NCBI GenBank assembly: GCA_964016885.1
Contig: OZ024745.1
Span: forward strand, 28,954,001-29,018,000
Reading direction: 5' to 3'
Origin: Eledone cirrhosa
Lineage: Eukaryota
DNA: 64,000 nt
The notes beneath the pieces were generated by a model. The model was not told the DNA's origin. It made no database searches and was given only the letters and a program-made list of their open reading frames with translations. Positions within the stretch are counted from its first letter, which is position 1, and each line of letters starts with the position of its first letter. Of this stretch, positions 36,813 through 50,990 are shown piece after piece. The translations under genes and the position numbers were made by a program.

Positions 36813-37350
36813 TCATATCTGTGCAAACAGCGGAGGTTTTATCCAAAGCTGCAAGAAAATGTGTATATGGCAGGAGGCAGCAAATCATACCCAGGAACAG
36901 CTGTGTCACACAGGGCATGGGATTGGGCCTTCTGGGTGGTGCAGATGACTGGGAGTGTATAGCAAACCTCCCAGGGTCAGCACAATAACCAGAAATCATC
37001 AGAAAGAGTGGCTTGAGGCCAGATACCTTATGCCATTCCAGTTCATCAAATCAGTTTGATTGAACTTACTAAGCCATTCAAAAGTAGATTAGAAGCACAT
37101 GTATTCAAAACTGAAAAATGCACCAGTTTGGCCAGCAGCCTGAGGGAAGCCAACTTCCTAGTCAAAGTTCTCGCATAGAATTTGGAGCCAAAGCTTTGTG
37201 GGCAAATCTGCCTACAATCTCATGAAACAACCTTTAATCTCTGGGAAGACAGGGACCAAAGCCCCAAAGGTAGCAGAAAGGAGTTCCAGATGGATCTGGT
37301 TGAGGAGGACCAAAAACGACCTCAATACCATATGAGAGGCATTGTGTTTT

Positions 37351-37402
37351 TATTTTCCTGACGATGTCCTTCAAATGAAACAGTTCTAGTCCTGTAGAAG
37401 CC
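37351..37402 (+). ncRNA. Hammerhead ribozyme, family B
   Basis: TTTC-CTGACGA(37358-37364)...GAAA(37377-37380)-CAG ttctagtc CTG-TA-GAAG; stem II is poor. Confidence 0.55.
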
Positions 37403-38689
37403 ATTTCTGTATTAAATCTTATATATATATATTTATATAGACACACACACAAACATATATATATAAATATATATAAACATACAAATGTCTATGTACATAC
37501 ATTTGTGGAAATATATATAAACATTACAACCATGAAAATAATCAAGAATCCATAAAAGTGCAGGTAGTGAATGTATCGTGAAGTTTCTGATTCCAAATCA
37601 AGCTACAGGTATTTTCCAGGGTCCACACATAACACACAAAACAAAAGAAATACAAAATCCATTGCTCCATAAAGTTATTTAGTGTTAGGAAGGACAACAT
37701 GCAGCATGGCTAAATGGTTCAGAAGTTTCCTTGCCAATAATGAGCTTCCTGGTTCAATCCCACTGCATGGCGACTCGGGTGAGTGTATTTTTACCATATT
37801 CTCTAGCAAATCCTCACAGACTTGTGAGGGAAATTAGATATGTAATGCCAAACTGGCTGTCTTCAATTCAGTATTCATGCCAACCCTTACCAATGGTCAT
37901 GAATTTTAGGCAATGACTTAAAGAATATATGATCATGAATACAAGCGGCCAAAATGGGGTTCCTCTGAAGGGTCTTTGGAGTAACATTACTTGATAGAGT
38001 GTGTAGTTCGGAGATCAGAGAGTCACTCCAGGTAGAGCCACTATTTCTCTGAATTGAGAGATCACAACTCCAATACTATGGCATGTGATTAGAATATCTC
38101 AGGAAAGAATCACTGGACAGATTTTACAGGTAAAACCAACCGGCAGAAGACCCAGGGGTAGACACCGAGCAAGATGATTGGATAACATCCATGAGCTTGG
38201 CTGGTCTCGCTTGGGGATCCAGCTGGAACAGTTGGAGACAATTGCTTCTGACAGGACCTGTTGGAAGAAGTGTTTGAGGATTCTGTCCCCACAACTCTCT
38301 CATGAATAAGTGGGAGAAGAAGAAATATGCTGAATCTATCTGAGAAATTAGATATGTAATAGAACCCGAATCTGCCTGAGAAATTAGATATGTAATGTTG
38401 TATCTGCCTGAGAAATAAGATATGTAATGTATCTGCCGCAGAACCTGAGAATAACATTAAAGATACATGTGACTGGAATACTCAACCACTTACATTTTAA
38501 TTCATGAGTTGGTCATGCAATTGATCAAACAACTGACTGTACATCATTGAAACTGATTAATGATCCACCATTTAACTTATTGTGATGACTTCAACACCAT
38601 AAATATTAAACATTATTGCAATAATATATTGATGAACAACATGATAAGCAGCCAGAAAACAATGCTTGTATTCTATAGAAGCTTTGAGG

Positions 38690-40750
38690 AAGGCATGAGG
38701 GATGATGACTTCAGAAGCAGCTCCAGGAATTAATGAGGATAGTCAGAACAGGCTTTTTTAGAGAAATTTCAGGTCAGGGTTTATAGACAATTTCCCCAAA
38801 ATCCCTGACATGGCAGTGTTAAAGGGGATGTGGTGATACACAACTTTTCAATTTCTTTTTCTATGTCTTTGAATTTCTTTAGTTTCTCAAATTCTTTTAC
38901 TGATGTTTTTATCCGATAAGATACAAGGTACAACTTTTGAGACTTTTTCTTTCCAGGCATTGACCTACGTAACTGTCATTCTAATACATCCTTCATATAG
39001 CAATAATAAGCTAACATCTCAAATCTTTTTTTTCCAGGTTGAAGGTTCAGGCTGCTACAGCACTTGAAACATTACCCATCATATACGTCTTGTCACAGCT
39101 GATTGATTCCACAATGTAGTCGAGACGTGAGGACAACTTCAAGGCTCGATATGCAATAAAGTTTTGTGTCAAGCTCAATAAAACCACAACAGAAACCTAG
39201 GAAATGGTCAAAGTTGCTAGATATATTGTCTTGTCATCTGTGAGAATTGATACATCAATTAGAAGACATTTCTTTTTTTTTTTTTGTGGTCCTTAACTTT
39301 AATATACTGTCGGTTTGCTTTGATCTCTCTGTGTATATTGGCATATTCCAGATTACAGCTCCTTTGGCATTCTCTGACACATTTTCTTGTGTATACCATA
39401 CCCCCTTTTTTCTGTTGGTATTTTGTAGTGTTGCATAACTTCCAGTGTATGTAAATCCCAGCTCTCTCATGTCTGTGATATATTCCTTTTTGGCAAAGAC
39501 CAGGCATCTAGAAATAATGTGGTTAATTGTTTATTGCCCATCACCACATATTCTGCAGTTACTTACTTGTGTTCTGCTTTATTGTGTATTTTTGGTGGGT
39601 TCTGGTAGGGTGGCTTTGATCTTGTGCTGCAATTAGAAATTCTTCAGTCTCTGTTATTAGTCCAGTGCTTCTTAACCAGTCTTGTGAATTCAGTTTGTCC
39701 ACTTCCTCCCAAACAGCATTTTTTTAGTATTGGATATGTAGGGTTTATTTATTGTCATTGTTTTAGCATAGAATCTTAGAGATCTGTTTTCAATTTGGAT
39801 TTTATCTTTTTCACGGTTCCTGTTTCTTCTGTGTTTCCATTTTTTTCATAATTATCTGTAAATTCAGCTTCTGTTTTGAATTTGTTGGCTTCCTTGAAAA
39901 CATTTTTTTTTTGTTTTATTCCTGCTTTTATGGCTATTTGTATTAACTTTCCATTATATTTGATAAAATATTTTTGTAGTCTTACAGTGATCATTTTATC
40001 ATAGTTTTCTAGTTGCATAGGTATAATCTTTCTACATTGGATTTTGGATGGTGTATTTGAAATGCAGTCATTATTTTTATGTCTAGTCCTGCTAGTTCTT
40101 TTGGTGTTCAGTACTAAATGTTAAAACTAAAGCTTATTATTGGGATCACTAGAGTATTGATGCCTTTTACCTTCTTCTTTGATTTAGTTGTCTTAAATAG
40201 TAATATCATCCCTTTTTAGTATAATTTTCATTGTTTCTTTCATCTGAGTGCATTGAACTCTAGTTTATATATTCCTAAGTATTCATATGCCTGTGTCTGA
40301 TCTAATTCTCTTAATTCAGATTTTTTATCTAGCATGATATTAGTATTTTTCACAAGTTTTCCTCTCTTTAGAATTGTCTAGGTGCATTTTCCATGGTCAA
40401 ATTTCATGCCTATTTCTTTTGTGAATCCATATATTGTTTGTAGAGGTGTTTCAAATTGTCTCTCATCTGCAGCATATATCATAGCATTTATAACCCAGTC
40501 CAGTTTGTTTAGTGACTCAGATAATGGTGTCAGTGCTAGGCAGAAGAAAAGTAGTAAAAGGGAGTCCCCTTGAAATATCCCTCTGCTAATTGGGATGAAC
40601 TCAATTTTTATAGTTCCATCCTTCATTTGTATATGTAAAAGTGCATATTTAATGAATATTTTTATTGTTGGCACTACCTTGTTTATAACTAATGTATTCA
40701 GTATCCATATATGGAGAACACTGTCAAAAACTTTCTGGTAACCAATTCAA
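38690..40750 (-). pseudogene. Degenerate Dong/R4-type LINE, interrupted by a mariner N-terminal fragment (about 39120-39220, plus strand)
   Basis: GIFQGDSL..LFFCLALTPLS, YEYLG, YIHWKLC and IKAN motifs. The insert reads RYAIKFCVKLNKTTTET. Confidence 0.7.
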
Positions 40751-41674
40751 GTTATTATTGTTGTTGTTATTGTTATTATTGCTGTTATTTTTGTTGTTAG
40801 CAGTTTACCTGATGTTGGTATAGAGAGAGTAGAAAAAAAGACAACAATAGCAACAAGAACAACAGTAATAGCATCAACAACAACAAGCATACTTAAATGC
40901 AATTAGCTAAAGATTATTAACTCTTAATATCTTGTAATGACAGCAGAAAATACCTAAAAACATGTTTGTTAATTCAAATGTTGTGAAAATTTGCAGTATT
41001 AAAGTAAAGACTTTAATTTTCTTTTTAATGTAATGCAGTGTAGTGCTGTTTTATACCTTTCATAAATATCTTGTTAATGTGGTTTCATGTGGTACAGAAT
41101 GTTGAGAATTAATCAACACCATGTGGTGGTCCACATGAATGAGGGAAGGAACTTCAACATAGTCTGCCAGACAATTCTTCTCCTAACAAACTCCCTATCA
41201 TCTTTAACCCTTTCCTTACAATATTTCTAATGAAAGATACAGCCTATTGCTTTCAAATATTTTTTAAAATAATAAAGAATTTGGAGAGATTTAGTAATAT
41301 AACTAACCTTCTCAATATTGAGCAAGTGTTTGGTTCATAACTTAAAAGTTCTTACACAATTATGATGAAAGGTTTTTAGATTAATATAAACGTTTGAAAA
41401 TACATATTTTTGTATTATAGAACTTGGAGAGGTTTTGGGTAGTTTGGTATTAAAAGGTTAAAATAGGGACTACTAGTTATTCAATGTCCCCTACAATAAT
41501 AGAAGAGTGGTGACCATGGCTACAACTTCCAGTTAAGGACAAGAGCATGGGTAGCCCTTCAGATGATAATAATCGTAAGGGTTGCCATGGCTAGAAACTC
41601 CAATTGAAATATTATAATCTGATGTAACAATTTTGACATGAGACAATGGAGGCCGAGACCAGACTATAGATAAC

Positions 41675-42780
41675 TAATAACAACAATAACAGCAACAGCA
41701 GCAGTGATGACAACAACAACAGCAGCAACATCAACGACAACAGCAGCATCAACGACAACAGCAACAACATCAACGACAACAGCAGCATCAACGACAACAG
41801 CAGCAACATCAACGACAACAGCAGCAACATCAATGACAACAGCAGCAACATCAACGACAACAGCAGCAACATCAATGACAACAGCAGTAACATCAACGAC
41901 AATAGCAGCATCAATGACAACAGCAGCAACACCAACGACAACAGCAGCAACATCAATGACAACAGCAGCAACATCAACGACAACAGCAGCAACATCAACG
42001 ACAACAGCAGCAGCATCAACGACAACAGCAGCAGCATCAACGACAACAGCAGCACATCAACGACAACAGCAGCAACATCAATGACAACAGCAGTAACATC
42101 AACGACAACAGCAGCAACATCAATGACAACAGCAGTAACATCAACGACAATAGCAGCATCAATGACAATAGCAGCAACATCAACGACAACAGCAGCAACA
42201 TCAATGACAACAGCAGCAGCATCAACGACAACAGCAGCAGCATCAACGACAACAGCAGCACATCAACGACAACAGCAGCACATCAACGACAACAGCAGTA
42301 ACATCAACGACAACAGCAGTAACATCAACGACAACAGCAGCAACATCAATGACAACAGCAGCAGCATCAACGACAACAGCAGCACATCAACGACAACAGC
42401 AGTAACATCAACGACAACAGCAGTAACATCAACGACAACAGCAGCAACATCAATGACAACAGCAGCAGCATCAACGACAACAGCAGTAACATCAACGACA
42501 ACAGCAGTAACATCAACGACAACAGCAGCAGCATCAACGACAACAGCAGTAACATCAACGACAACAGCAGTAACATCAACGACAACAGCAGCAACATCAA
42601 CGACAACAGCAGTAACATCAACGACAACAGCAGCAACATCAACGACAACAGCAGTAACATCAACGACAACAGCAGCAACATCAACATCAACAGCAGTAAC
42701 ATCAACGACAACAGCAGCAACATCAACAACAGCAGCATCAATGACAACAATGATGACAGCAACAAGAACAACAACAAGAT
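41675..42780. repeat. 21-bp (ACAACAGCAGYAACATCAAYG)n minisatellite derived from AAC/AGC triplets
   Basis: Tandem units; the source of the Thr/Ala and Leu-rich ORF artefacts. Confidence 0.9.
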
Positions 42781-42784
42781 TATA

Positions 42785-43140
42785 ATGGATCTCCGTTGGT
42801 TTTGATGACAAAGTGTTCCAATTGCTTGATCAATGGTACAGCTTGCTCTTGAAGCTAACATGTAAGTGGGTGAGTATGCCACAGACACGTGTACACTTAA
42901 TGTAGTTCCCAAGGAGTTTCAGTGTGACAGAGCATATGACAAGCCTGGAGAACCTTTTAATTACAAGTACAGTCCATCTTATTGGGCTTCCAAATCGTTT
43001 CTGTTACCCTAATTCCACTGATAAGGCTTCGATCGATGGCCCCGAGTCTATGGTAAATCACACTTGCCCAAGATGCCACACTGCAAGATTGAACCTGGGA
43101 CCTTATGACTGTGAAGCAAACTCCTTAACTATTTGGCCAT
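42785..43140 (-). mobile_element. Degenerate tRNA-derived SINE
   Basis: The minus strand starts TGGCCAAATAGTTAAGG...GGTTCAATC...CTTGGGCAAGTG. A similar copy lies at about 8960-9200. Confidence 0.55.
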
Positions 43141-43479
43141 GCTATGGTCTCAAGCAACAACAACTACAACAACGACAACAACAAAGAACTAGGTGAGGAA
43201 AAGAGCTTATAAATTGCCAAAAAATAAAAATAAAAAGGAACAAAAAGAACTGGCTTGCTTCTAGTGTGAAAGACTGCATAGAATCATGGAATTGGTGTGC
43301 AAGGGGGGCAGAAATAAGATGGATACAGTGCCAGATTAACCTAATAACAAGGGTAACATTTGCTATAGACCCCACAATTTAAGATGCCCCTCAATAAGGG
43401 ATTTATAACAGCATGTTTTAAACTATTTTTACTGTGATTCCACAAGTTCTGCATTTTGTATTCTGACCTGATATTCCTG

Positions 43480-43770
43480 GATGTGATAAAATAGACATAG
43501 AATATGTGATAAAATAGACAGATTGTGTGAACTATGTGATAAAACAGGCATAGACTATGTGATAAAATAGACACTGACTGTGAATTATATGATAAAACAG
43601 ACACAGACTGTGAACTATGTGATAAGATAAACATAGACTGTGTGATAAAATAGACATTGACTCTGTGAACAATGTAATAACACAGACACAAACTCTGTGA
43701 ATAATGTGATAACACAGACACAAACTCTGTGAACTATGTGTTAAAATAGACATAAGCTGTGAACTATATT
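43480..43770. repeat. Degenerate tandem repeat (TGTGATAAAATAGACA...CTGTGAACTA)
   Basis: Repeated units of about 20-38 bp. Confidence 0.7.
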
Positions 43771-43994
43771 CCATTTTTTTTTTTACTATGTCTTATGATA
43801 AACACATATTTATAGATAATGTTTTCGTCTTAAATTATTTATTGGTTGAATATAGATGAGACTGTAAATCTCACTCATTTCTATACATGTTATTTCTACT
43901 TATTGTTGTGACCAATTTTATTTATATTGCAGCCCAGTAATGGGTTTGTACCTGAAGTTAAAAAACCCTCGTTTATATTGTAGTACTATACTGC

Positions 43995-44408
43995 CCCTCT
44001 ATAACATATGTTACAACCCTCTCTATAGTATATGTTACAGTCCCTCTATAGTATGTTACAGTCCCTCTATAATATATGTTAGTCCCTCTATAGTATATGT
44101 TACAGTCCCCTTTATAGTATATGTTACAGTCCCGCTATAGTATATGTTACAGTCCCTCTATAATATGTTAGTCCCTCTATAGTATATGTTACAGTCCCTC
44201 TATAATACATGTTACAGTCCCTCTATAGTATATGTTACAGTCCCTCTATAGTATATCTTACAGTCCCTCTATAATATATGTTACAGTCACTCTATAGTAT
44301 ATGTTACAGTCCCTCTATAGTATATGTTACAGTCCCTCTATAGTATATGTTACAGTCCCTCTATGGTATATGTTACAGGGCTCTATAGTAAGTGTTACAG
44401 GGCTCTAC
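43995..44408. repeat. 23-bp minisatellite (TAGTATATGTTACAGTCCCTCTA)n
   Basis: About 18 tandem units. Confidence 0.9.
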
Positions 44409-44519
44409 ACTAACGTAATCTAGCACTGAGTAGATAAATGAGTGTATGAGGAAGAGTGTGAAGAAGAGTGTGAGTGTGAGCAGGAGGAAGAGGAGGAGGA
44501 GGAAGAGTGTTATCCTTAC

Positions 44520-44576
44520 ATTGATCTGTTCATCGCCCTCACCAGTCTGTCGTCGATGATCCTCAAACCGTTTTAC
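44520..44576 (-). CDS. SASH1: Probable SASH1-like small exon (VKRFEDHRRQTGEGDEQIN), the most 5' exon found
   Basis: TTTTTTTACATAG acceptor and GTAAGG donor; 57 nt, phase 0-0. Confidence 0.6.
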
Positions 44577-44765
44577 CTATGTAAAAAAATCATCAACTCA
44601 GGTAAGCACCAGCTCTTTTGAAGGAGGAGAGGAGAAATGATATTGTCGTGGTGGTGGTGGTGTGTAGATTGGGATGGGGTGGCGTCTGTTTGGCAAAAAG
44701 GGGAGATGGGCTGTGTGGGAACGGGGCTTTTTTTGAAAATATCACACCTAAATTAAATAAGTTGA

Positions 44766-44808
<43 letters not shown>

Positions 44809-45244
44809 ATCTCTAACAATTGTTATTGTTAATTAACATTATATTAAAAATCAGTTATTATGGTGAATAAAGAAATCATCATTATTATTATTATTAAATA
44901 TTATTGTTATTAATATTATTGCTGTTATTGTTATTATTGGCCCTTGTGGCAAATAAAAAAATATTATTATTATTACCATATAATTGCAGTTGCTGCTAAT
45001 ATTACTACTACAAGCACCAACCTAAGCATCACCATCAACACCACCATCAACACTACCACCACCACCATCATTGTCACCATTTTCATCACCACCATTATCC
45101 CACAAACCACCATGCCCCCTCAAAACCACTATGTCCCCCTAATCACCATTACCATGACCACAACAACCATTATGTACACTGTTGTGTATGGTATGTTTAA
45201 AGTCACTTGTATTATTTTAATATTGAAGATGATATATGCAGTGA

Positions 45245-46200
45245 TAATAGCTCCTTTAACTTTCCCAATCACGCGGATTATTGTACTTTCAGAATACCCA
45301 CCTTCACTGCTAATTGGGGTTCCCAGGTAACAGAAGCTGTCAATTATCTCTAGGAAGTCCTCTGAGTATTTGATAGAGCTTGTTTCATGTGAGTACTTGC
45401 TACTTTCTGCTCTTGTGCACTGATCACAAACAAAACCTACATTCCTTGTTAGCCTGCCTGAGATCCCACTATATCTCTTGTGAACCATAGTTTACATTTT
45501 GTACATAAGATGGAATTTCTACCTACTCTTTTCCTGCATACTGAACAAGGCCATTTCTCTGAGGTAATCAGGGTCATGTTTCTCATCAAGGTTGATTCTA
45601 TCCTAAATTAGTTGTGCAATAACTCTTTCAGTAAATTTCATAAGCTGGTCCATCAATTTGATGCCTCTATAGTTTCCTCTGTCTAGTGCACTTCCCATTT
45701 CTTCTTGTATCAATTAACAATGATGATGCTAGTCCAGTCATTAGGTATGATGCTATGCTGTATTACTTGATTTACTATATGCATGGTTAGTGAGTGACCC
45801 ACCCAACCAGGTGCTTTCATCATATTGATGACTCTCCATGATGGTTCTGCTACATGGCTGTCTTCTAATCCTTAATAGCCTTACTTACCACACTACTGCT
45901 AACTTGGGTGGCTGGTCCCGCCATTCCACCTGCTTCAGGCAGACAGTCTTCTTCCATTGCATTTCCCCCCATTTAACTGTCTCTCATAATGGCATTTCCA
46001 TGCTTCTTCTTAGTATCAATGAAGGTAAGTGTATCACTGTCCATTTTGGACATATGTCTTCCCCAACAATATCTTACACACTGCCATGCAATCCTAAACA
46101 TGTGTTGCCTTTGGTCCTAAACATATAAAATATGTGCAAACTTCTTACTATCTGTTTCTTTCCTTGTTAAATGTACCTGGCACCTAGCTTCTCTGCTGGC
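45245..46200 (-). pseudogene. Degenerate RTE fragment including the PHD region
   Basis: VHKRYSGISGRLT..F.CDQC, IDSFCYLG, NYRGIKL and REAR.QV motifs on the minus strand. Confidence 0.75.
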
Positions 46201-46390
46201 CACCGAGTTTACCTTCAACAGGTTATCTCACATGAATCTCCACTGCTTTGCTATGCTGCATAAGTCATTCATATATAGTACCTTGTATATATGTATGATG
46301 TATATCATACATCATAAATATGTACATATATAAATACATACATATTACATATATCATATGTTGTATATACATGTATATCATACATACATA

Positions 46391-46496
46391 CAAGGGTGGG
46401 CTGAAAAGTTCATAGGTTGGCTATGAAAGAGTGATGTTAGAGCTACGAAAACTTGCATTATCTTGGTCAACCTATGAACTTTTCAACCAACCCTTG
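46391..46496. mobile_element. Mariner-type MITE
   Basis: TIRs CAAGGGTGGGCTGAAAAGTTCATAGGTTG and CAACCTATGAACTTTTCAACCAACCCTTG; TA TSD. Confidence 0.8.
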
Positions 46497-46669
46497 TACA
46501 TACATACATACATGCATACATACATACATTGTTCATACATACATAAATCTTTTGATAAAACAATAAGTGGTCTGGAGTTTGTTGTGTTGAAACAAAATTT
46601 TATGATATTTGGAACACAGAGATTTTCAAATGACTGGAAATCATAAGATACATTTCATAGGAATTTACA

Positions 46670-46711
<42 letters not shown>

Positions 46712-47010
46712 CACTTCTCACAATTCGACCTACACAAGTTTTGACTACTTGCAGTTACAATTATTAATATTCCTGCATACATATACACATATTCTTCAGC
46801 AGTTACATTAAAATAAATCTGAACATAAATACATAGAGAGGCAAAAAAACATAATAATGCATAAAAATAAGATATAATAAAATGTATTAGTTATGTAGTA
46901 CAATACATATGGGTAATGCATATAAAAGTAAGAGACCTCCTGATGGAGGAGTTGTAGGAGTGGGGGGTGCAATCCTGACATATGGTATATCTTTAGGCTT
47001 ATACAGTTGA

Positions 47011-47093
<83 letters not shown>

Positions 47094-47111
47094 AAGAGAG
47101 AGCGAGAGAGA

Positions 47112-47147
<36 letters not shown>

Positions 47148-47559
47148 AATCAGCCCCAGTACTTTACTGGACCTTCATTTATCCACCTCGAAAGAATGAA
47201 GTGCAAAGTCAATCTTGGTGAGATTTGAACTGAAAAAGCTGAGAGCCAGAAGAAATACTGAGCTATCCCCTAATCTGACCCTCTAATGACTCTGCTACTC
47301 GCCACCTTAGGTCATACATATAGGCCTTCAAATTACACCGCATGATGGCAGAGTCCTTGAACACACCTCTCAGAGAATTCTATCAGAAGCAACCATCTCC
47401 AATTGATCTGGCTGGATCCCCAAGGAAGACAAACCAAGTTTATGGATGTTATTCAACCATCTTACTTGTGGTCTATCCCTGGGGTCTCCTGTTGGTTGGC
47501 TTTGCCGGTAAAATCTGTCCAGCGATTCTGGAGTACACACACATATATAAATATGTAAG

Positions 47560-48073
47560 CATGTAGTCAATATACCATGAAAGCTTCTAATTCTATTTTC
47601 AAAATATATATGATGCCTGTGTGTGAAGTGTAATGCTGCATAGTCGTGAAACATGGGCAGTGACTGCAGAGCACATGCATAGGCTGGAGAGAAATGAAGC
47701 AGCTAAGCTTTGTTGGATGTGCAATGTAAATGTGAGAGAATAGCAGAGATTGGGTGGACTGAGAGAGAAACTGGGTTTATGAGGAATCAGAAGTGGTGTG
47801 CAAGAAAGAGGACTCTGTTGGTATAGGCATGTGATATGCATTGATGATGATTGTTGGGTGAAGAAGTCCAGAAAATCCCAGTGGAAGAAACCCTCAGCAG
47901 AAGTAGATCCAGGAAGACCTGAGCAGAGGTGATGAGAGCTGATCTCAAATGACTAAGACTCACAGAGGAGATGACGAAAGAATGCGGCAAGAGGAGAGAT
48001 GCTATGCTGAAAAGGAACCATCCAACCCATGCAAGCATGGAAAAATGGACGGAAAAATGACAACAATGATGAT
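47560..48073 (+). pseudogene. Degenerate RTE 3' end
   Basis: RLERNEA...WMCN...GIRSGVQERGL motifs; tail ACCCATGCAAGCATGGAA...GATGAT. Confidence 0.7.
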
Positions 48074-49004
48074 ACTGTAATTTTAGTTATTTTCTGTGTC
48101 TGAGTTTCTTACATCTTCTTATATACCATGATGATGATGATATATAAGAAGATGTAAGCTCAGACACAGAAAATAACTAAAATTACAGTGAGTTGCTATA
48201 ATTGCAGTTATTTTGTGTGTCTGAGTTTCCTACATCTTCTTATAAATATATTTCCTCAGCATTTAGTAAGTTCGAAAATCGAGCTTTATACACGTTTATA
48301 TATATATACAAATCGAACATTGAGCTGACCAATTGTCCTTTTTTTTATTATTAGTATATATATATATTAACTTGCAATAGCAGTAAGACGGGTGCCTCTA
48401 ATTAAAAATATACTATATGTTTATATACAGTAAATATATGGATAGCCTCGCTATAAAAGAACATTTTTTTTCTAATGAAAAAATATTTTTCTCTGTGAAT
48501 ATATCAGAGTTTGTTGGTACAGTCGAGAATTCTAGACAGTGCTGTTTCAAGATTTGTTAATTTCATTGGTCGTAGTCACTCAAACTGTACTGACATGGAA
48601 ATAGACTAGAGTCTATATAGAATTCCATGTAATGAACTCTTGCTGGAGATGCTCATTTGCAAATAGCAAAAATAGAAAACATCAGCTGGGAATGATTACT
48701 TACATATTCTGTGAATTTGGCTGATTATAATTAATTAGCAATAGCACTTCGACAGTATTTAAGCATAATAAGGGTGAATATGAAAACATATATAAACATA
48801 TACTAAAATCATTTTACTTTGTTTTTCTCTGTGAATATATAGCGTGTCAGTACAGTCGAGAATGACAGACAGTGCTGTTTCAAGATTTGTTAATTTCCCA
48901 TTAGTGACACCCACTCAACCATTTTTTAAAAAATAGATCCATATGTTTATTGTATATTAACATATAGTATATGTTTATATATTTATATATGTTTTCATAT
49001 ACAA

Positions 49005-49050
<46 letters not shown>

Positions 49051-49252
49051 AGTAAAATGACAGGAGACCGGACTGGAGAAATTCCTTCAAATATGTATAT
49101 ATATATATATTTGAAAAAAGGAAAAGAATGACTTCACTTGTAGTTTGTATTCTATAACAATTTAATTTTATAATTTTACAATTTTGCTATGTAGATTTAA
49201 TGAGTCCTCTATTAACTTAAGTGGAAAGTTTTTTAAAATTTAATTATATATA

Positions 49253-49590
49253 TCATCATCATCATCATCATTTCATTTTACGTCCGCTTTTCCCTGCTTG
49301 CAAGGGTGGGACGGGAACTGATTCTGGCTTGATTTCTACAGCTGGATGCCCTTCCTAACACCAACCTCATTTACAGTGAGTGCTGGGTGCTTGTTTTGCC
49401 GTGGCACCTCCACGACCACTTTGCAGTGGAATGATATGGACCCCAGTCCCTATCATCTCATTTCTACAGCTGAGTAAACTGGAGCAATGTGAAATAAAGT
49501 GTCTTGCTCAAGGAAACAACACATCACCCGGTCTGAGGATTGAACTCACAACCTTTCGATTGCAAGCCCAATGCTCTAACCACTAAGCCA
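49253..49590 (-). mobile_element. tRNA-derived CORE-like SINE with RTE tail (same family as 30529-30862)
   Basis: Close reverse-complement match. Confidence 0.8.
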
Positions 49591-49656
49591 TATATATATA
49601 TATATATATATATAATTAACCACTAAGCCATATATATATATATATATATATATAAT

Positions 49657-49803
49657 TAAGGGTGGATTACCGATGGGGATTTGGAAAAGAGCAGAGTTAA
49701 AAGGGGTACTCAATATGCTGGAAGAGCATAGGTATTTCTATTTAATATAGAAATGACTTCTACAGGTCTAGAACTGTTTCATTCAAATGAAATCATCAGG
49801 ACT
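49657..49803 (-). mobile_element. Family B short element with hammerhead core
   Basis: The minus strand reads CTGATGA tttcatttgaat GAAA CAG ttctagac CTG TA gaag, followed by a tail like 631-700 (TATTGAGTACC...ATCCACCC) and (TA)n. Confidence 0.6.
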
Positions 49804-50089
49804 GATGATATATGTGTACATATATGTATGTGTGTGAAAATGCCTGAGGGGAGTTGCTGTATTTCAGTGCTAAGTCCTTGAAGTGGATGACACTTATGAA
49901 AGAGGGAGACTTAAGAAAAACATAAAAACTCTTACAAAGGAGATGACACAGGATTGAGCTGACTGTACAAGAACTGTAATGAAATGACACTGGAGGCTAC
50001 AGTGTTTGGCAATTGAATGGGGACAGTGTAAGGATTAAGAGAACACTTAAGTCTAAACGAGTATGTGACAACCTCTCTAATGCTGATTC

Positions 50090-50990
50090 AATGATAAAAT
50101 ACAGCCAGGACATTCTATGAAATGTTAGTGCTGGTGCCATGATAAAATACACCCAGGATATTCTGTGAAATGTTAGTGCTGGTGCCATGATAAAATACAC
50201 CCAGGACATTCTGTGAAATGGTAGTGCTGGTGCCATGATAAAATACAGCCAGGACATTCTGTGAAATGGTAGTGCTGGTGCCATGATAAAATACACCCAG
50301 GACATTCTGTGAAATGGTTGTGCTGGTGCCACGATAAAATACACCCAGGACATTCTGTGAAATGTTAGTGCTGGTGCCATGATAAAATACACCCAGGACA
50401 TTCTGTGAAATGGTAGTGCTGGTGCCATGATAAAATACACCCAGGACATTCTGTGAAATGGTAGTGCTGGTGCCATGATAAAATACAGCCAGGACATTCT
50501 GTGAAATGGTAGTGCTGGTGCCATGATAAAATACACCCAGGACATTCTGTGAAATGGTAGTGCTGGTGCCATGATAAAATACACCCAGGACATTCTGTGA
50601 AATGTTAGTGCTGGTGCCATGATAAAATACACCCAGGACATTCTGTGAAATGGTTGTGCTGGTGCCACGATAAAATACACCCAGGACATTCTGTGAAATG
50701 GTTGTGCTGGTGCCATAACAAAATACCCAGTACACCCTGTGAAATGGTAGTGCTGATGCCACAATAAAAATGCATGCAGTACTTCCTGTAAAGTGGTAGT
50801 GCAGATGCCACAGTAAAATGCACCCAGTACAGTCTGTAAAGTGGTTGCTGTTATGAAGGGCATCCAGCTGTAGAAACTATGACAAATATGGAACATATGA
50901 GCCAGATGAGGTCACTGTAACCTGTCAGGACTGTGACAACCTATATCCAACCCATGCCAGTATAGAAAGTGACCTTAAAATGATGATTTG
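50090..50990 (+). repeat. 48-bp minisatellite (about 15 units) running into an RTE/SINE 3' tail
   Basis: Unit GATAAAATACACCCAGGACATTCTGTGAAATGGTAGTGCTGGTGCCAT, followed by GAAGGGCATCCAGCTGTAGAAA...ACCCATGC...GATGAT. Confidence 0.9.

Noticed and set aside
41612-42912. Mucin-like Thr/Ala and Leu-rich ORFs
   Set aside because: These come from a 21-bp minisatellite open in several frames on both strands, with no splice or start context.
49577-49659. Exact duplication of TAACCACTAAGCCA-(TA)n-ATTAA
   Set aside because: Most simply a slippage or insertion-junction duplication, or an assembly stutter at a SINE 5' end.
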